Under the pieces are notes generated by a model. The model was not told where the DNA came from and made no database searches. It saw only the letters and a list, made by a program, of their open reading frames with translations. Shown piece after piece: positions 62,446 through 64,000 of a stretch of DNA of 64,000 nucleotides (positions are counted from its first letter, which is position 1; every line of letters begins with the position of its first letter). Source of the DNA: Felis catus (Eukaryota); contig NC_058368.1 in the NCBI RefSeq assembly GCF_018350175.1, forward strand, positions 228,782,001-228,846,000, read 5' to 3'. Made by a program: the position numbers and the translations under genes.

Positions 62446-62894
62446 TCTTCACATTTTGTTTTGATTTTTTAAAATATGTGTTCTGTTTGGCATGCCATTT
62501 TTCTGACTTTTGAATGTATATGTTGTTACCTTATTTTTATTCAAGTTATTTTGGGGGGTCAAGATTACTCACTCTTTATTTTAAGTTTTGTGCATTTCAG
62601 CTCCTATGTCATCATAGGAATTTTTGCTGGAAATGGGACAGACTGTATTTTGGATTACTAAGAAAGATGAGACACATTATTTAACCTATCACATATTATA
62701 CCCTGTAATTGAAACTATGCATAAACATTATTTCACTCTAATTAGAGTACATGATTAGGAGACCCCTTTAACTTCATGGATACTGCTTTGGAAGCTGAGG
62801 GCATCAGTGAGCCACCTTCACTCCTTCCAAATGCACACGAAGGGCTTCTAACCCGAAGGTTAATCTGAAGGTTGATATTTTGTAGGGAACTTTT

Positions 62895-63127
62895 ATTTTT
62901 AACTTTTTATTTTTTAAACTTTTAAACTTTTAAACTTTTATTTTTAAGCTTTTAATATTTATTTATTTTTGAGAGAGAGAGTGTGTGAGATGGGAAGGGG
63001 TAGAAAGAGAGGGGGACAGAGGATCTAAAATGGGCTCTGTGTTGACAGCGGCTCAAACTTACACTCTGTGAGATCATGACCTGAATCGAAGTTGGATGCT
63101 CAACCGACTGAGCCACCCAGGCAGCCA
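62895..63127 (-). mobile_element. CanSINE with internal deletion and a (TAAACTTT)-type tail repeat
   Basis: Antisense head ctgagccacccaggcagcc. TSD-like gggaactttt / ggaaactttt. Confidence 0.92.
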
Positions 63128-63249
63128 ACAGGAAACTTTTAAAGTTGTATTTTAATATCAGTGGATCATTTTGCAAACCTCCCAAATTATATCCAGGCCA
63201 GCAAAGAAGCAGATCGGGATTATAGAGGACTCAGGTCAGAACACTAGCA

Positions 63250-63450
63250 TTCAAGTATCGCAGAAGACATGGGTTGGAAAGTCAGCTCTACTCCTTGCTA
63301 GATTTATGATTTTCAAGCTTTGTGTATCCGATTTGGATTCCTTAAATCAATAAGGATAATTGGGATAATAACACTGCTTTGACTAACTCACAGGGTGATT
63401 GCAAGAAAATAGTTAAAACATGCTTTAAACAGCTTTTAATATTATATAAA
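63250..63450 (+). mobile_element. MIR
   Basis: agaagacatgggttggaaagtcagctctactccttgctag...gactaactcacagggtgattgcaag. Confidence 0.7.
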
Positions 63451-64000
63451 TATAATAAAACACATAACCCTGGATTAGTCCGGGTTAAGCGTTCCGAGTC
63501 TCCGTTTTGTCACTTAAAAATTAGTTCATTGGATTATCTAATGAGTGAAATGTTTATTATTGTCATATTCTGTCCATGTCAGATGGCACCACCCTTTAAA
63601 CTATACTCTGAATGCCAAGGAACCAGAACATCATTCTTTCTCAAAAAGCATTCTGTCTGAACAAATCTATGTTTCAAAAATTTGTTCTGAAATTTGGACT
63701 TTTGATTCAGTCTGTAACAAGGAATATTTTTCTAGCAAAATGGAAGGGTCACATTAGGCTAGTTTCTTTTAAGAGCTGGAAATTGTAGAGAGTTAAAGTG
63801 AAGCCAACATGTTGGGTTGTGGATTGAAGAAAGGTTTTACAAAAAGTTAAGGAATAAAAATAAATGGGTAGAGTTAGTGATAACTAACTACATCATTGGA
63901 TAATATACCTAAGATTTGCACAAAATTCATTTAAATAGAACCTAATTATGTCTATTTTCATGTAAAGTAACTCCAACAATAACATGGCTCTGATTATATA

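Noticed and set aside
3156..63127. SINE heads as tRNA genes
   Set aside because: They are tRNA-derived CanSINE heads with A/B boxes, followed by (CT)n, an A tail and TSDs. They are not cloverleaf tRNAs.
725..63757. All ORFs in the supplied track as protein-coding genes
   Set aside because: All are 124 aa or shorter. Many translate SINEs (GAPGWLSRLS, MISRFVGSSP, ERERE, LSLSL), microsatellites (LPSF, CVCV) or L1. None resembles a host protein I recognise, and I found no coherent exon chain.

Overview
AT-rich, repeat-dense mammalian genomic DNA from a felid, most likely the domestic cat or a close relative. The identification rests on about 35 tRNA-derived CanSINEs, seven of which match the young feline SINEC_Fc type. 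I recognise no protein-coding gene, RNA gene or processed pseudogene, and the supplied ORFs are SINE-, L1- or microsatellite-derived or chance frames, so the window looks intergenic or deep-intronic. Other repeats include old L1 fragments (L1MC/MB/ME/MA9-like and carnivore L1 3' ends), a 741-bp solo ERV1-type LTR, a MER21 LTR nested in an L1MC, a MaLR internal fragment, MLT1 and LTR16/33-like LTRs, a Tigger-type MITE, MIR/L2 relics and microsatellites. The most unusual item is a perfect 33-bp-arm inverted repeat at 811-884. There are also two smaller template-switch-like palindromes, a tail-to-tail inverted SINE pair, several splice-site-bounded candidate exons and a CpG-retaining unique segment. 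Family names come from remembered consensus sequences, not from a database search, and old-repeat boundaries are approximate. I found no evidence for a new multi-gene system.
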